This document shows positions 45,293 through 55,647 of a stretch of DNA of 64,000 nt, piece by piece. The DNA comes from Lysobacterales bacterium (GTDB lineage: Bacteria; Pseudomonadota; Gammaproteobacteria; Xanthomonadales; SZUA-5). A model generated the notes under the pieces. The model saw only the letters and a program-made list of their open reading frames with translations. It did not search any database and was not told where the DNA came from. Both the position numbers and the translations under genes were made by a program. The stretch is taken from NCBI GenBank assembly GCA_022844165.1, contig JALHMH010000001.1, forward strand, positions 160,001-224,000, written 5' to 3'. Every line of letters begins with the position of its first letter. The first letter of the stretch is position 1.

Positions 45293-46726
45293 ATGGCCAA
45301 CGATATTTATCTCACCGAGTTGCCGGGCGATTTGAAATTCGTCAACTCAGATGAAGTCCCGAATCTGGCCGACTTTCGCGGCAAAGCCTTGCTGTTGAAC
45401 TTCTTCACCGGCGCGAGCGTCGCCTGTGAACAGCAGGTACAGGACATCAAACAGCTCGAAGTCAAGTATCAGGACGGCCTCGTCGTGCTCGGCATCCACA
45501 CGCCAAAACATGCTGCCGATGCCGACGACGAACAAGTGCTCAAGATCGCCAATCGTTGGCACCTGCGGCACCTGGTGGCGAACGATCGCGAGTGGCAGTT
45601 GTGGCGCCAGTTGGGCATTGAGGTGTGGCCCACGGCAGTGTTGTTCGACTACGACGGCAAACTGGTCTCGGTGTATCAAGGCGAAGCGCGGCGCGCCGAA
45701 ATCGAGGCCAGAATCCAAGAAATCCTGAACAAAGCGCAAGAGTCCGATTGCCGCAGTTACGAGCCTGGTCCGGCATCAAGGCGACCAGAAGACCGCGGCA
45801 TCCTGCGATTTCCAACGCGTCTGATCGCCAGCGAAAACTATCTGTACATCGCCGATACCGGTTACAACCGTGTGCTCGAAGTGACCTGGGATGGCCGCGT
45901 CAAGCGTCAATTCGGTTCGCAGAACCCTGGGTACTGGGATGCGCGTGAAAGCGAGGCGGGGTTTCGCTGCCCGGTGGGCCTGGCGTTGACGCGCGATTGG
46001 CTGTACATCGCCGATACCGGCAACCACATGTTGCGGCGCGCGCGTTTGCTGACTGGCGATGTCGAAACTCTGGCGGGCGTTGGCCATTGGGAACGGCCAA
46101 CGTCCGCCGACTATGCGCAAGCCAAGGCGGCGCCGATGGCGTCGCCGATGGATGTCGTGGCGCATAACGAACGCGTTTACATTGCGCAGGCAGGGATACA
46201 TCAGATCTGGCAATACGATCCTCTGCGCAACGTGTTGATCAGCTTTTCCGGCAGTGGCCGCGAGGATGTACTGGACGGCAATGGACTGTTCGCGGCGCAT
46301 GCGCAGCCGTCTGGATTGGCGATGGGTCCGGAGGCGCTCTATGTGCTCGACGCATCGAGCTCGGCTTTGCGGTCCGTTCGGCTGTACGACGCCAAGGTCA
46401 GCACCCTGGTGCCGGGCGGGTTGTTCTCAAGCGGCAGCACCGATGGCCCGGCGCACAGTGCCCGCATGTGCCATCCAACCGCGCTGCACTTCGATTCGGC
46501 GCGAGGCGTCTTGTGGGTTGCGGATACACTGAACAACAAACTGCGTGTGTATTCGATCGCCAAAGGCGAGATGAAGTCACTGAACATCAACTACGCGTTG
46601 CGGTCTCCATCCGGCGTGTGCGTTGCACAAGGGTTTGTATACATTGCCAATACAGACGCCCACGAAGTACTCAGGCTCGATCTCAAGACCGGTAAACTGG
46701 GACGGTTGGTGTTGACCTTTCCATGA
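45293..46726 (+). CDS. thioredoxin-like + NHL-repeat protein (NHLRC2/SOQ1-like)
   Basis: FRGK..LLNFFT, GIHTPK, VANDRE..LW...WPT; repeated LYIADTGNH motifs; IAQAGIHQIW. Confidence 0.85.
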   Translation: MANDIYLTELPGDLKFVNSDEVPNLADFRGKALLLNFFTGASVACEQQVQDIKQLEVKYQDGLVVLGIHTPKHAADADDEQVLKIANRWHLRHLVANDREWQLWRQLGIEVWPTAVLFDYDGKLVSVYQGEARRAEIEARIQEILNKAQESDCRSYEPGPASRRPEDRGILRFPTRLIASENYLYIADTGYNRVLEVTWDGRVKRQFGSQNPGYWDARESEAGFRCPVGLALTRDWLYIADTGNHMLRRARLLTGDVETLAGVGHWERPTSADYAQAKAAPMASPMDVVAHNERVYIAQAGIHQIWQYDPLRNVLISFSGSGREDVLDGNGLFAAHAQPSGLAMGPEALYVLDASSSALRSVRLYDAKVSTLVPGGLFSSGSTDGPAHSARMCHPTALHFDSARGVLWVADTLNNKLRVYSIAKGEMKSLNINYALRSPSGVCVAQGFVYIANTDAHEVLRLDLKTGKLGRLVLTFP

Positions 46727-48534
46727 TTGAAGGCTTCGACGGCCGGGCATTCGCCCGAACGCTGACGCAGGAACCGGGTGTCTATCGCATGCTCGGCGCC
46801 GGGGAGGCTGCGCTCTATATCGGCAAAGCGCGCAATCTCAAGAAGCGCGTCGAGAGCTACTTTTCCAGCCGTCCGCACGATGCGCGGATCACCAGCATGG
46901 TCATGCAGGTGGAGCGGATTGAAGTCATCGTTACGCGGACCGAGGCCGAGGCGCTGTTGCTGGAGAACCAGCTCATCAAGGCGCTCAAGCCGCGCTACAA
47001 CATCGATCTGCGCGACGACAAGAGCTACCCGTGGATCCGCCTCACCGCTGACGAGTATCCGCGGGTTGCGTTTCACCGCGGTGCGCGGCCGGCGCCGGAT
47101 CGATTTTTCGGTCCCTTCCCGAGTGCCTGGGCAGTGCGCGAGACACTCGATCTGGTGCATAAGACTTTCCAGATTCGTGGCTGCGAGGACAGCGTCTACA
47201 AACACCGCTCGCGCCCCTGTTTGCAGCATCAGATAAAGCGCTGCAGTGCGCCTTGCGTGGGTCTGATCAACAGCCACGAATATGCCGCGAGTGTGCGCCA
47301 TGCAACGCTGGTGCTGGAGGGCAAGAGCCCGTTATTGATCGATGAGCTTTGCGCCGAAATGGACGCAGCTGCAGCCGATCTGGACTTCGAGCGTGCGGCG
47401 AAGTTGCGCGATCAGGTCGCGGCTTTGCGTCGCGTCCTGGCCGCGCAATTCGTGCAAGGCGAACGGGGTGAGTTGGATGTGGTGGTTTGCGTTGCAAAAC
47501 ATGGCAAGGCCTGCGTCGAAGTGTTGTTCTTTCGCGGCGGCATGAGTTTGGGCAATCGCAGTTTCTTCCCGAGATTTCTGGGCGAGGCGCCCGAAGCCGA
47601 AGTGTTGCGCGCATTCGTTCTGCAGCATTACAGCGCCCAGAATCTGCCGAACGAGCTGTTGATCAGTCATGAAATCGAAGATCAGGCGGTGGTCGAAGAG
47701 GTGCTGAGTCAGGAGGCCGGTCATCGCGTGAGGTTGATTGCAAGCCCACGCGGCGATCGCGCCAAATGGCTGGAGATGGCCAGGCGCACCGCCGAGGCGG
47801 CACTCGCAACCGAACTTGCCGCCAACGCAACGGTGCATGCGCAGTGGGAAGATGTGGCGCAGTTACTGGGTCTTCATGAGTCGCCCAAACGCATCGAGTG
47901 TTTTGATATCAGCCACACGCAAGGCGAGGGTACTGTCGCCTCATGTGTCGTTTTCGATGCGAATGGGCCGGTGAAGAACGACTATCGTCGCTTCAACATC
48001 GAAGGCATCGAGCCTGGTGACGACTACGCGGCCATGCGCCAGGCGCTGCAACGACGTTTCGCACGCCTGATCAAAGGCGAAGGAATCGCTCCTGATGTGT
48101 TGTTGATCGACGGCGGAGCAGGGCAGCTCGCGGTGGCGCACGAAGTGCTCGATGAGCTGTCGCTGTCCGGGTTCAGTGTGGTCGGCGTGGCCAAAGGGCC
48201 CGAGCGACGGGCCGGATATGAGACGCTGCTGCTCGATCGCGGTCTTCGGGACATCGCGCCGGGCCCGGCATCGGCTGGCTTGCATCTGATACAGAAGGTG
48301 CGCGATGAGGCGCACCGTTTCGCGATCACAGGACACCGCGCGCGCCGCGCAAAAGCGCGGCAGCGCTCGGCTCTCGACGATGTGCCTGGAATCGGCGCGA
48401 TCCGTCGCCGCGCGTTGCTCAAGGCATTTGGCGGTTTGCGCGGTATCGAACGTGCGGCGGTGGAAGATCTGATCACGGTGGCTGGCATCGATCGTGCGCT
48501 GGCGCAACGTATTTACGATACTCTGCACGCATGA
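46723..48534 (+). CDS. uvrC: excinuclease ABC subunit C
   Basis: PGVYRM..YIGKARNL, RIECFDISH, DGGAGQ, RDEAHRFAI, HhH. Confidence 0.97.
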   Translation: MIEGFDGRAFARTLTQEPGVYRMLGAGEAALYIGKARNLKKRVESYFSSRPHDARITSMVMQVERIEVIVTRTEAEALLLENQLIKALKPRYNIDLRDDKSYPWIRLTADEYPRVAFHRGARPAPDRFFGPFPSAWAVRETLDLVHKTFQIRGCEDSVYKHRSRPCLQHQIKRCSAPCVGLINSHEYAASVRHATLVLEGKSPLLIDELCAEMDAAAADLDFERAAKLRDQVAALRRVLAAQFVQGERGELDVVVCVAKHGKACVEVLFFRGGMSLGNRSFFPRFLGEAPEAEVLRAFVLQHYSAQNLPNELLISHEIEDQAVVEEVLSQEAGHRVRLIASPRGDRAKWLEMARRTAEAALATELAANATVHAQWEDVAQLLGLHESPKRIECFDISHTQGEGTVASCVVFDANGPVKNDYRRFNIEGIEPGDDYAAMRQALQRRFARLIKGEGIAPDVLLIDGGAGQLAVAHEVLDELSLSGFSVVGVAKGPERRAGYETLLLDRGLRDIAPGPASAGLHLIQKVRDEAHRFAITGHRARRAKARQRSALDDVPGIGAIRRRALLKAFGGLRGIERAAVEDLITVAGIDRALAQRIYDTLHA

Positions 48535-49109
48535 GCACATCCTTGAAATCGCCCGTGCAACTGAACCTGGCAACCCTGCTGACGATGGCGCGAATTGCGC
48601 TCATCCCCGTGTTGGTGTTGCTGTTCTTTCTGCCCTGGAATTGGACGCACCAGGTTGCGGCGATGGTCTTTCTTGCCGCCGCGCTCACCGATTGGCTCGA
48701 TGGCTGGGTCGCACGGCGTTACGATCAGGCATCGAAATTTGGAGCGTTCCTGGATCCCGTGGCAGACAAACTGATGGTCGCCGTCACGCTCGTCCTCATT
48801 GTGCAGAAGAACCCGCAACCGTGGCTCGCAGTGGTAGCTGCAATCATCATCGGCCGTGAGATCAGCATCTCCGCGTTGCGCGAATGGATGGCTGAACTCG
48901 GCGAGCGCGCGCACGTCAAAGTGGGTGCGATTGGCAAAATCAAGACCATCGTACAAATGGCCGCGCTGACGATGCTGCTTTGGCAGGACAAGCTTTTTGG
49001 AGTGCCGATTTATGCACTTGGCCTGATCTTGTTGGTGGTCGCAGCCGTGCTCACGCTGTGGTCGATGGGTCAGTATCTGAGGGCGGCCTGGCTGGTGTTA
49101 TCGCGCTAG
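48531..49109 (+). CDS. pgsA: CDP-diacylglycerol--glycerol-3-phosphate 3-phosphatidyltransferase
   Basis: TDWLDG..AR...FGAFLDPVADKL; REISISALREWMA. Confidence 0.95.
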   Translation: MSTSLKSPVQLNLATLLTMARIALIPVLVLLFFLPWNWTHQVAAMVFLAAALTDWLDGWVARRYDQASKFGAFLDPVADKLMVAVTLVLIVQKNPQPWLAVVAAIIIGREISISALREWMAELGERAHVKVGAIGKIKTIVQMAALTMLLWQDKLFGVPIYALGLILLVVAAVLTLWSMGQYLRAAWLVLSR

Positions 49110-49188
49110 ATGCGCTCGGGTGCGATGGAATCAAAGTCGGCCCCGATCCCGTAGCTCTGGCAATACGCCGAAACTGCGGGCGCTCCTT

Positions 49189-49578
49189 TTAGGACGTCTT
49201 CCGCGTGCGTCTGACGGTATTCGCCCCACCATGCGATGCCGATTTGGCGGAAGCCGGTGTTGGGCAATACAACTCATGGAGCGTGCCAAGCAGCGTACGC
49301 GCCGGCCCTTCCGCCAGTGTGTAATAGATTGTCTGCGCCTCGCGCCGTGTCTCGACCAACGCTTGCTCTCGAAGCACCGCGAGGTGCTGGGAGAGCGCGG
49401 ACTGAGACAGCGGCAAATGCGCGTTGATCTCGCCCACCGAGTACTCGCCGTCCACCAACAGACAGAGGATACGTAAGCGCTGCGGGTTGCCCAGCGTCTT
49501 CAGAAGTTCAGCGGCGGCCTCCGCTTGGGCGGCCATGGCGGCCGCGATCGGTGGCAGGGCATTCGGGGGTCTGGACAT
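49189..49578 (-). CDS. ArsR/SmtB regulator, BigR/SqrR-type
   Basis: RLRILCLL (Cys), LSQSALSQHLAVLR, LYCP (Cys). Confidence 0.88.
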   Translation of the reverse strand: MSRPPNALPPIAAAMAAQAEAAAELLKTLGNPQRLRILCLLVDGEYSVGEINAHLPLSQSALSQHLAVLREQALVETRREAQTIYYTLAEGPARTLLGTLHELYCPTPASAKSASHGGANTVRRTRKTS

Positions 49579-49701
49579 AGGTCTCGGATTATAGGCAATC
49601 GGTGTCGCGGTAAAAGAGCGCGTTCCAGGATGGCCGCGCTAAGTCGCGTGGACCGAGCATCAAGCCGTTTCGCGTTGCCAGGCGGACTTCGTGGCGGAGT
49701 C

Positions 49702-49729
49702 TTGACTTTATGTCAGAGAATGCTACATT
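49702..49729 (+). promoter_or_regulatory. putative sigma70 promoter for the DUF2892-RND operon
   Basis: TTGACT-N16-TACATT with extended -10 TG. Confidence 0.5.
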
Positions 49730-49786
49730 AGCCAAAGCGAAAATAACAGTGCGTTTCGTCCCTTTCCCAATCACCGGAGATTTGCC

Positions 49787-49990
49787 ATGAACCTCGATCG
49801 AGCTGTGTTCGCCTTCGCTGGCGTGATGACGCTGCTGTCCGTCGCGCTCACTTACTTTGTCTCGCCGTGGTTTTTGTTGTTCACGGTCTTCATCGGGTTG
49901 AATTTGCTGCAGTCGGCGTTTACCGGTTTTTGTCCGGCCGCATTGGTGTTCAAGAAGCTGGGCCTTACGTCCGGTTGCGCCTTTCGCTGA
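49787..49990 (+). CDS. DUF2892 (YgaP-like) membrane protein
   Basis: FIGLNLLQSAFTGFCPA; GGAGA SD. Confidence 0.9.
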   Translation: MNLDRAVFAFAGVMTLLSVALTYFVSPWFLLFTVFIGLNLLQSAFTGFCPAALVFKKLGLTSGCAFR

Positions 49991-50000
49991 GAGTATCGAC

Positions 50001-51077
50001 ATGCGCCGAGTTCGTTTCTGGTCCGCCATCGTCTTGCTCATCGCCCTTGCGCTTGCAGCTTGCTCGCGGAGCGAGGACAAAGCGGTCCACGTTCCGCGGG
50101 ACCCGGACCTCGCGACCCTCGCTATCGCACCAGAGACGGCCGCCCGCGAGCGAAGTTGGGACGGCGTGGTGCAAGCGGTGAACCAGGCGACATTGGCGGC
50201 GCAAACAGGCGGGCGAGTGATGGAACTGCCCTTCGACGTCAACGACGTGGTGCAGGCCGGCGAGGTGGTGGTACGTTTTACCGACGTCGAGCAGCGCGGT
50301 GCTCGCGCCCAGGCGGAAGCGGGTTTGCGTGCAGCGCGTGCGCAGGCTGCCGAAGCGGAAGCCGATCATCGACGCATCGCCGACCTCACGAAGCGGCAGC
50401 TGGTCGCGCGTTCCCAGCTCGACCAGGCCACCGCCCGACGTGACGCTGCACGCGCATCGTTGGCCGCCGCAGAAGCCGGCGTCAAGCAGGCCGGTGAGCA
50501 ATTCGACTACACAGTCGTGCGCGCGCCTTATTCCGGCCTTGTCACGCAGCGTCATGTGGAAATCGGCGAGACCGTCGTACCTGGCCAGCCGTTGGTTTCT
50601 GGTCTTTCGCTCGGACAGCTGCGCGCGGAAGTGCAGGTGCCTCAGGCCGATATCGCCGCCATCCGTGAGCACAAGGTTGCCACGGTGCGCCTCGCCGACG
50701 GCCGCGACGTCGCTGCTCGCGAGGTGATCGTGTTCCCGACGGCCGACCCGCGGACGCACACCTTTACGGTGCGCATCGAACTGCCCGAAATGGAAACCGG
50801 CTTGCAGCCGGGCAACACCATCAAGGTGCGCTTCAAGCTCGGTGAGGCCGAACGCCTTCTGGTGCCGGCGAGCGCTCTGGTGCGCCGCAGTGAGATAGCC
50901 GCGGTTTACGTGGTCTCGCCGGAGGGCCGCGTTGGTCTGCGTCAGATTCGTCTGGGCGAAATCTTCGGCGATCGAGTCGAAGTGCTTGCTGGCCTCGTCC
51001 CGGGCGACGCCATCGCGCTCGACCCGGTCGCAGCCCTGGCCGCCCAGCGCGCTGCGCGGGATATCGCCGATGAGTGA
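50001..51077 (+). CDS. RND efflux membrane fusion lipoprotein
   Basis: Lipobox LAAC; VRAPYSG.V; ADPRTHTFTVR. Confidence 0.9.
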   Translation: MRRVRFWSAIVLLIALALAACSRSEDKAVHVPRDPDLATLAIAPETAARERSWDGVVQAVNQATLAAQTGGRVMELPFDVNDVVQAGEVVVRFTDVEQRGARAQAEAGLRAARAQAAEAEADHRRIADLTKRQLVARSQLDQATARRDAARASLAAAEAGVKQAGEQFDYTVVRAPYSGLVTQRHVEIGETVVPGQPLVSGLSLGQLRAEVQVPQADIAAIREHKVATVRLADGRDVAAREVIVFPTADPRTHTFTVRIELPEMETGLQPGNTIKVRFKLGEAERLLVPASALVRRSEIAAVYVVSPEGRVGLRQIRLGEIFGDRVEVLAGLVPGDAIALDPVAALAAQRAARDIADE

Positions 51078-54000
51078 GTTCCGCCCAGGCGTATCCGGGC
51101 GCCTCGCCCGAGCGTTCCAGAGCAATCCGCTGACGCCGGTGTTGGCCCTGGCAGCGCTGCTGCTGGGCCTTGTCTCGGTGCTCATCACGCCACGCGAGGA
51201 AGAGCCGCAGATCGACGTTACGATGGCAAACGTCTTCGTGCCGTTTGGTGGTTCGTCGGCACACGACGTTGAGGCCCTCGTGAGTGTGCCCCTGCAGCAG
51301 AAGCTCGCCGAGGTGGAGGGGGTCAAACATGTATACGCGATGAGCCGCCCTGGCATGGCCGTTGTGACTGTCGAATTCGATGTTGGCATTCCGCGTAAGG
51401 ACGCCCTTGTTCGGCTCTACAACCAGGTTTTCGCCAATGCGGACTTTGTGGCGCCGGGCCTCGGCGTGGGTCCGCCGCTGGTCCGTCCAATGGGCATCGA
51501 CGATGTTCCCGTGATGGGCGTGACGCTGTGGACCGACGACCCCGAGCGTGGCGCCACCGAGCTTGGGGCCGTAGCACGAGCGCTCGAAACCGAACTCAAG
51601 CGCGTGCCGGGCACCCGTGATGTCTACACGATCGGCGCGCCCGATCGCGCCGTCGTCGTTGAACTTGACGCCACGCGCCTGGCCGCGCACGGTATGACTG
51701 TAACTGAGCTTGAGCAGGCGCTTGCGGCGGCCAACGTCGTGCTGCACGCGGGAGAACGCGTCGATGCAAGCGGTACGCAGGTCCCGGTCACGGCCGGCAC
51801 TTTCCTGGCCAACGCCAACGACGTTGCCGACCTGGTGCTTGGTCTGCGCGAAGGTCAGCCGCTGCGCCTCGCCGATATTGCCACCATCCGCGAGGCTGCC
51901 GATCGTCCGACCGCTTACGTCTGGCATGCGGCCGGCGCGGGAGCGCCGGCTCGGATGACTGTGCCGGCCGATTGGGCGCCCGCGGTCACGTTAGCCATTG
52001 CCAAGAAACCTGGCGCAAATGCGTCTGATATCACCGCCGCGATCCGCGAGCGTCTCCTGGCACTCGAAGGTGCGCTCATTCCCGAAGGCGTTTTCGCCAC
52101 AGTCACTCGCGATTACGGGTTCACCGCAAACCAGAAGGCCATCACGCTGATCCAGAAGCTGGTGTTTGCGACGATGGCGGTGGTCCTGCTGGTGATGTTC
52201 GCGCTGGGGTGGCGTGAGGCAATCGTCGTCGGCGCGGCGGTGTTGCTGACGCTGGCCGTCACCCTGTTTGCCAGCTGGGCGATGGGCTTTACGATCAACC
52301 GCGTCTCGCTGTTCGCGCTGATTTTCTCCATCGGCATCTTGGTCGACGACGCCATTGTCGTCGTCGAGAACATACATCGCCACATGATGCTGGGTGGCAA
52401 GTCGCTGCGGGAAGCGTTGCCTGCGGCTGTCGACGAAATCGGCGGCCCGACCATCCTCGCAACCTTTACGGTGATCGCCGCGCTGCTGCCGATGGCGTTC
52501 GTGACGGGCCTGATGGGGCCATACATGCGGCCGATTCCGATCAATGCATCGGTGGGTATGTTGCTGTCGCTGTTGATCGCCCTGACCGTCACGCCTTGGC
52601 TGGCGGTGAAGCTGCTCTCGCGGCACTACGCGAGGCTCGGTGACGTTGGCGGCCATGGCCACGGCGGCCTCGCAGCGCGCTTGCACGGCGTCTTCAATCG
52701 CCTGATGCGGCCCTTCCTCGACGCCACGAAAGGGGGTGCGCGACGCTCCTGGCTGTTCCTCGGCATTGGCGTTGCGGTTGCCCTCGCCGTGGGTCTGGTA
52801 GTGGTGCAGGCCGTCGTACTGAAGATGCTGCCTTTCGACAACAAGTCCGAGCTGCAAATCGTTGTCGACCTGCCGGAGGGCGCGCCGTTGGAGCGCACCA
52901 ATGCTCTGCTGCTCGAACTGGCCGTTGCTGTGCGCGAGCGTCCCGAGGTTCTGGACGTGCAGGGCTATGCCGGTACTTCCGCGCCAGTGAACTTCAATGG
53001 CCTCGTGCGGCAGTACTATCTGCGCGAGGGTGCTGCGCTCGGCGACCTGCAAGTCAACCTTGTCGACAAGCACGAACGCGATCACAAGAGCCACGATCTG
53101 GCCCGCACCTGGCGGCCCGCGCTGCAGACCATCGCGGCGCGCTACGGAGCTGCCCTCAAAGTGGTGGAGGTGCCGCCCGGTCCGCCGGTGCTCGCGCCGC
53201 TGGTGGCCGAAGTTTATGGGCCCGACGCCGCCACAGTGCGGCGCATTGCGACCGGCCTCGAAGGTCTCGCCCGCGACACCGAGGGCCTCGTTGACATCGA
53301 CACTAGTCTCGAGGCTCCGTCCGAGCGCGAGACGCTCGTCGTCGATCGGGTGCGCGCGGCTCGCCTCGGCGTCAGCCAGCAGGCCGTCGCGCAGACCCTG
53401 GCCCTGGCGGTGGGCGGCGTGAACGCCACATATCTGCGCGACGGCGTGGCCAGGCACGCCATCCCAGTGCGCCTGCGCCTGCCGGCGGGCGACCAGGCCC
53501 GCATCGAAGAGTTGCTGGCGCTAAAGGTGCGCGCACAGGATGGACGAATGATCCCGCTCGTCGAACTCGTCGAGGTGCGTCGCGAGCCTTGGGAGCCGGT
53601 GCTGATGCAGAAGGACCTGCTGCCTGTGGTGTACGTGACTGCCGACGAGGCCGGCGCGGTCGATTCGCCGCTCTACGGCATGTTTTCTTTGGTTGGTCGT
53701 ATCGATGAACTGAAGGTCGGTGTGCCCGTTGCGCAACGCTTCTTCACTGCGCCTGACGATCCGCTCGCCTTTACCATTAAGTGGGATGGAGAGTGGCAGG
53801 TGACCTGGCAGACGTTCCGCGACATGGGTCTGGCCTACGCGGCGGGACTGGTGCTGATCTACCTGCTCATCGTGGCGCAGTTCCGCAGCTACGTTGTGCC
53901 GCTGGTGATCATGGCACCGATCCCGCTAACGGTCGTCGGTGTGATGCCGGGCCATGCCCTGCTGGACGCGCAGTTCACCGCTACCAGCATGATTGGGATG

Positions 54001-54309
54001 ATTGCGCTGGCTGGGATCATTGTTCGAAATTCCATCCTGCTCGTGGACTTTGTCAACCACGAAATTGCTAACGGCCGCGATCTTGCCGACGCCGTCGTCG
54101 AGGCCTGCGCCGTGCGTGCGCAGCCGATCGGTCTGACGGCGTTGGCCGCGATGCTGGGCGCGCTGTTCATCCTCGACGACCCGATCTTTAACGGACTCGC
54201 CATCAGCCTGATTTTCGGTATCGCCGTCTCAACGCTGCTGACGCTCGTGATCATCCCGCTGCTCTACTTCGCGTGGTTGCGGCGAAGCCGCCAGGCGGCA
54301 GTGGTTTGA
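51070..54309 (+). CDS. RND (AcrB/CzcA superfamily) permease
   Basis: TPREEEPQI, GILVDDAIVVVENI, RNSILLVDF; start at ATG 51070. Confidence 0.93.
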   Translation: MSEFRPGVSGRLARAFQSNPLTPVLALAALLLGLVSVLITPREEEPQIDVTMANVFVPFGGSSAHDVEALVSVPLQQKLAEVEGVKHVYAMSRPGMAVVTVEFDVGIPRKDALVRLYNQVFANADFVAPGLGVGPPLVRPMGIDDVPVMGVTLWTDDPERGATELGAVARALETELKRVPGTRDVYTIGAPDRAVVVELDATRLAAHGMTVTELEQALAAANVVLHAGERVDASGTQVPVTAGTFLANANDVADLVLGLREGQPLRLADIATIREAADRPTAYVWHAAGAGAPARMTVPADWAPAVTLAIAKKPGANASDITAAIRERLLALEGALIPEGVFATVTRDYGFTANQKAITLIQKLVFATMAVVLLVMFALGWREAIVVGAAVLLTLAVTLFASWAMGFTINRVSLFALIFSIGILVDDAIVVVENIHRHMMLGGKSLREALPAAVDEIGGPTILATFTVIAALLPMAFVTGLMGPYMRPIPINASVGMLLSLLIALTVTPWLAVKLLSRHYARLGDVGGHGHGGLAARLHGVFNRLMRPFLDATKGGARRSWLFLGIGVAVALAVGLVVVQAVVLKMLPFDNKSELQIVVDLPEGAPLERTNALLLELAVAVRERPEVLDVQGYAGTSAPVNFNGLVRQYYLREGAALGDLQVNLVDKHERDHKSHDLARTWRPALQTIAARYGAALKVVEVPPGPPVLAPLVAEVYGPDAATVRRIATGLEGLARDTEGLVDIDTSLEAPSERETLVVDRVRAARLGVSQQAVAQTLALAVGGVNATYLRDGVARHAIPVRLRLPAGDQARIEELLALKVRAQDGRMIPLVELVEVRREPWEPVLMQKDLLPVVYVTADEAGAVDSPLYGMFSLVGRIDELKVGVPVAQRFFTAPDDPLAFTIKWDGEWQVTWQTFRDMGLAYAAGLVLIYLLIVAQFRSYVVPLVIMAPIPLTVVGVMPGHALLDAQFTATSMIGMIALAGIIVRNSILLVDFVNHEIANGRDLADAVVEACAVRAQPIGLTALAAMLGALFILDDPIFNGLAISLIFGIAVSTLLTLVIIPLLYFAWLRRSRQAAVV

Positions 54310-54493
54310 ACCCAGCGGCCGATATCCAGCGATCCGTGAGCGAACCATTCCTGGTTCGCACCAGCAGGCCGTTCCCAACATTCTGCTAGTGTGGTGTTCC
54401 GTAATGACCTTGAACTAATTCCGCGTCTTTCGACCCCATGCAGCGTTGCTTCTCGTCGCCATAGACGAGCTATGTCGTCCGGCCCGGCGGCGC

Positions 54494-54567
54494 AGCCGCC
54501 GGTCGTTCAAGTCGGCTCGCGGCATGCCGCGAAAGCCACCGACTTTCACCCTCGTCGCGCCTTGCCT
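54494..54567 (+). repeat. dispersed palindromic repeat family A, copy 2
   Basis: Perfect core palindrome TCGCGGCATGCCGCGA flanked by AGTCGG/CCGACT. Confidence 0.8.
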
Positions 54568-54926
54568 GATCGAGCACGTAAGTGCTTGATCCATGGAGCG
54601 CGAGTCTGGACATGTGCCGGACTCGCGACTTGAGAAGCGCACAGGAAGTGCGTTTCTCAACAACGTGCCAGAGCCCTTTGGTGATCTGGGAGACGCCTGA
54701 TCTTAATACCGATTGCCTTTGTAACTGCGCTCCCTGTCCCAAGCCAGCCTTCGGCGGTCTTGTGCGCGGATTCGTCGGCCACTGCTCCGCGCCCTGCTAG
54801 AGTAGGGTAGCCCTTCTGACCTGGTCCACGTCAACTCTTCGCTTCGTGCGCGCACGCAAAAAACGTCGACGGAAGCGATCGTTCGTGGCGCCGGATAGCT
54901 CCTATAATCAACAGGTTAAGTACGCC

Positions 54927-55526
54927 ATGCTGTTAATGATCGACAACTACGACAGCTTCACATACAACCTCGTCCAGTACCTGAGTGAGTTGGGGGAAGA
55001 TGTTCGCGTGTATCGCAACGATGTTTTGTCAGTACCCGACATCGAGCGCCTCAATCCACAGCGCATTGTGATATCCCCAGGGCCGTGTACGCCAAACGAA
55101 GCGGGTGTTTCGCTCGATGTCGTGAGGAAATTACAGGGACGAGTGCCGATTTTGGGTGTCTGTCTTGGGCATCAGGCCATTGGTCAGGCCTTCGGGGGCG
55201 AGGTCGTGCGCGCACAGAGAGTCATGCATGGCAAAACCTCATGGATGCACCATGCCGATATTGGCGTGTTTTCCGGGTTGCCGAACCCCTTCCAAGCGAC
55301 GCGCTATCACTCACTGATCGTTCGCAAAGAATGCCTGCCCGATTGTCTTGAGATCACTGCCTGGACGGTAGACGCACAAGGAGAGCCAGACGAAATCATG
55401 GGGCTGCGCCACCGTGAATTGGCGATCGAGGGCGTGCAGTTTCATCCCGAGTCGATCTTGACCGCCTGTGGCAAACAGCTGCTCGCCAACTTCCTCCAGC
55501 GCAGCGCTGGTCGCAAGGCCGCCTGA
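54927..55526 (+). CDS. trpG: anthranilate/aminodeoxychorismate synthase component II
   Basis: [28 protein letters not shown]; TATAAT at 54903. Confidence 0.9.
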   Translation: MLLMIDNYDSFTYNLVQYLSELGEDVRVYRNDVLSVPDIERLNPQRIVISPGPCTPNEAGVSLDVVRKLQGRVPILGVCLGHQAIGQAFGGEVVRAQRVMHGKTSWMHHADIGVFSGLPNPFQATRYHSLIVRKECLPDCLEITAWTVDAQGEPDEIMGLRHRELAIEGVQFHPESILTACGKQLLANFLQRSAGRKAA

Positions 55527-55647
55527 GTTCGGCCTGCAAAATGGCGGTGCACTGGCAGGGGTTTGCCGCAACATTCTTGCAAACTCTGGGGACGGCCCGA
55601 CCCAGGCACTCTTGAGGGCCCGGTTGGTGGTTGGAGGACGAACAGTG

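Noticed and set aside
49110-49190. tRNA-Gly/Cys expected after pgsA
   Set aside because: No cloverleaf, T-loop or CCA end visible
54391-54800. Short ORFs in the RND-trpG gap
   Set aside because: They overlap repeat A and have no SD or recognisable motifs; the peptide similarity to ORF 23430-23822 is only the DNA repeat
54914-54929. trpG pre-start sequence GGTTAAGTACGCCATG resembles the tuf pre-start GGTTAGTACGCCATG (59400-59414)
   Set aside because: Short match that includes the ATG; chance or shared RBS bias cannot be excluded
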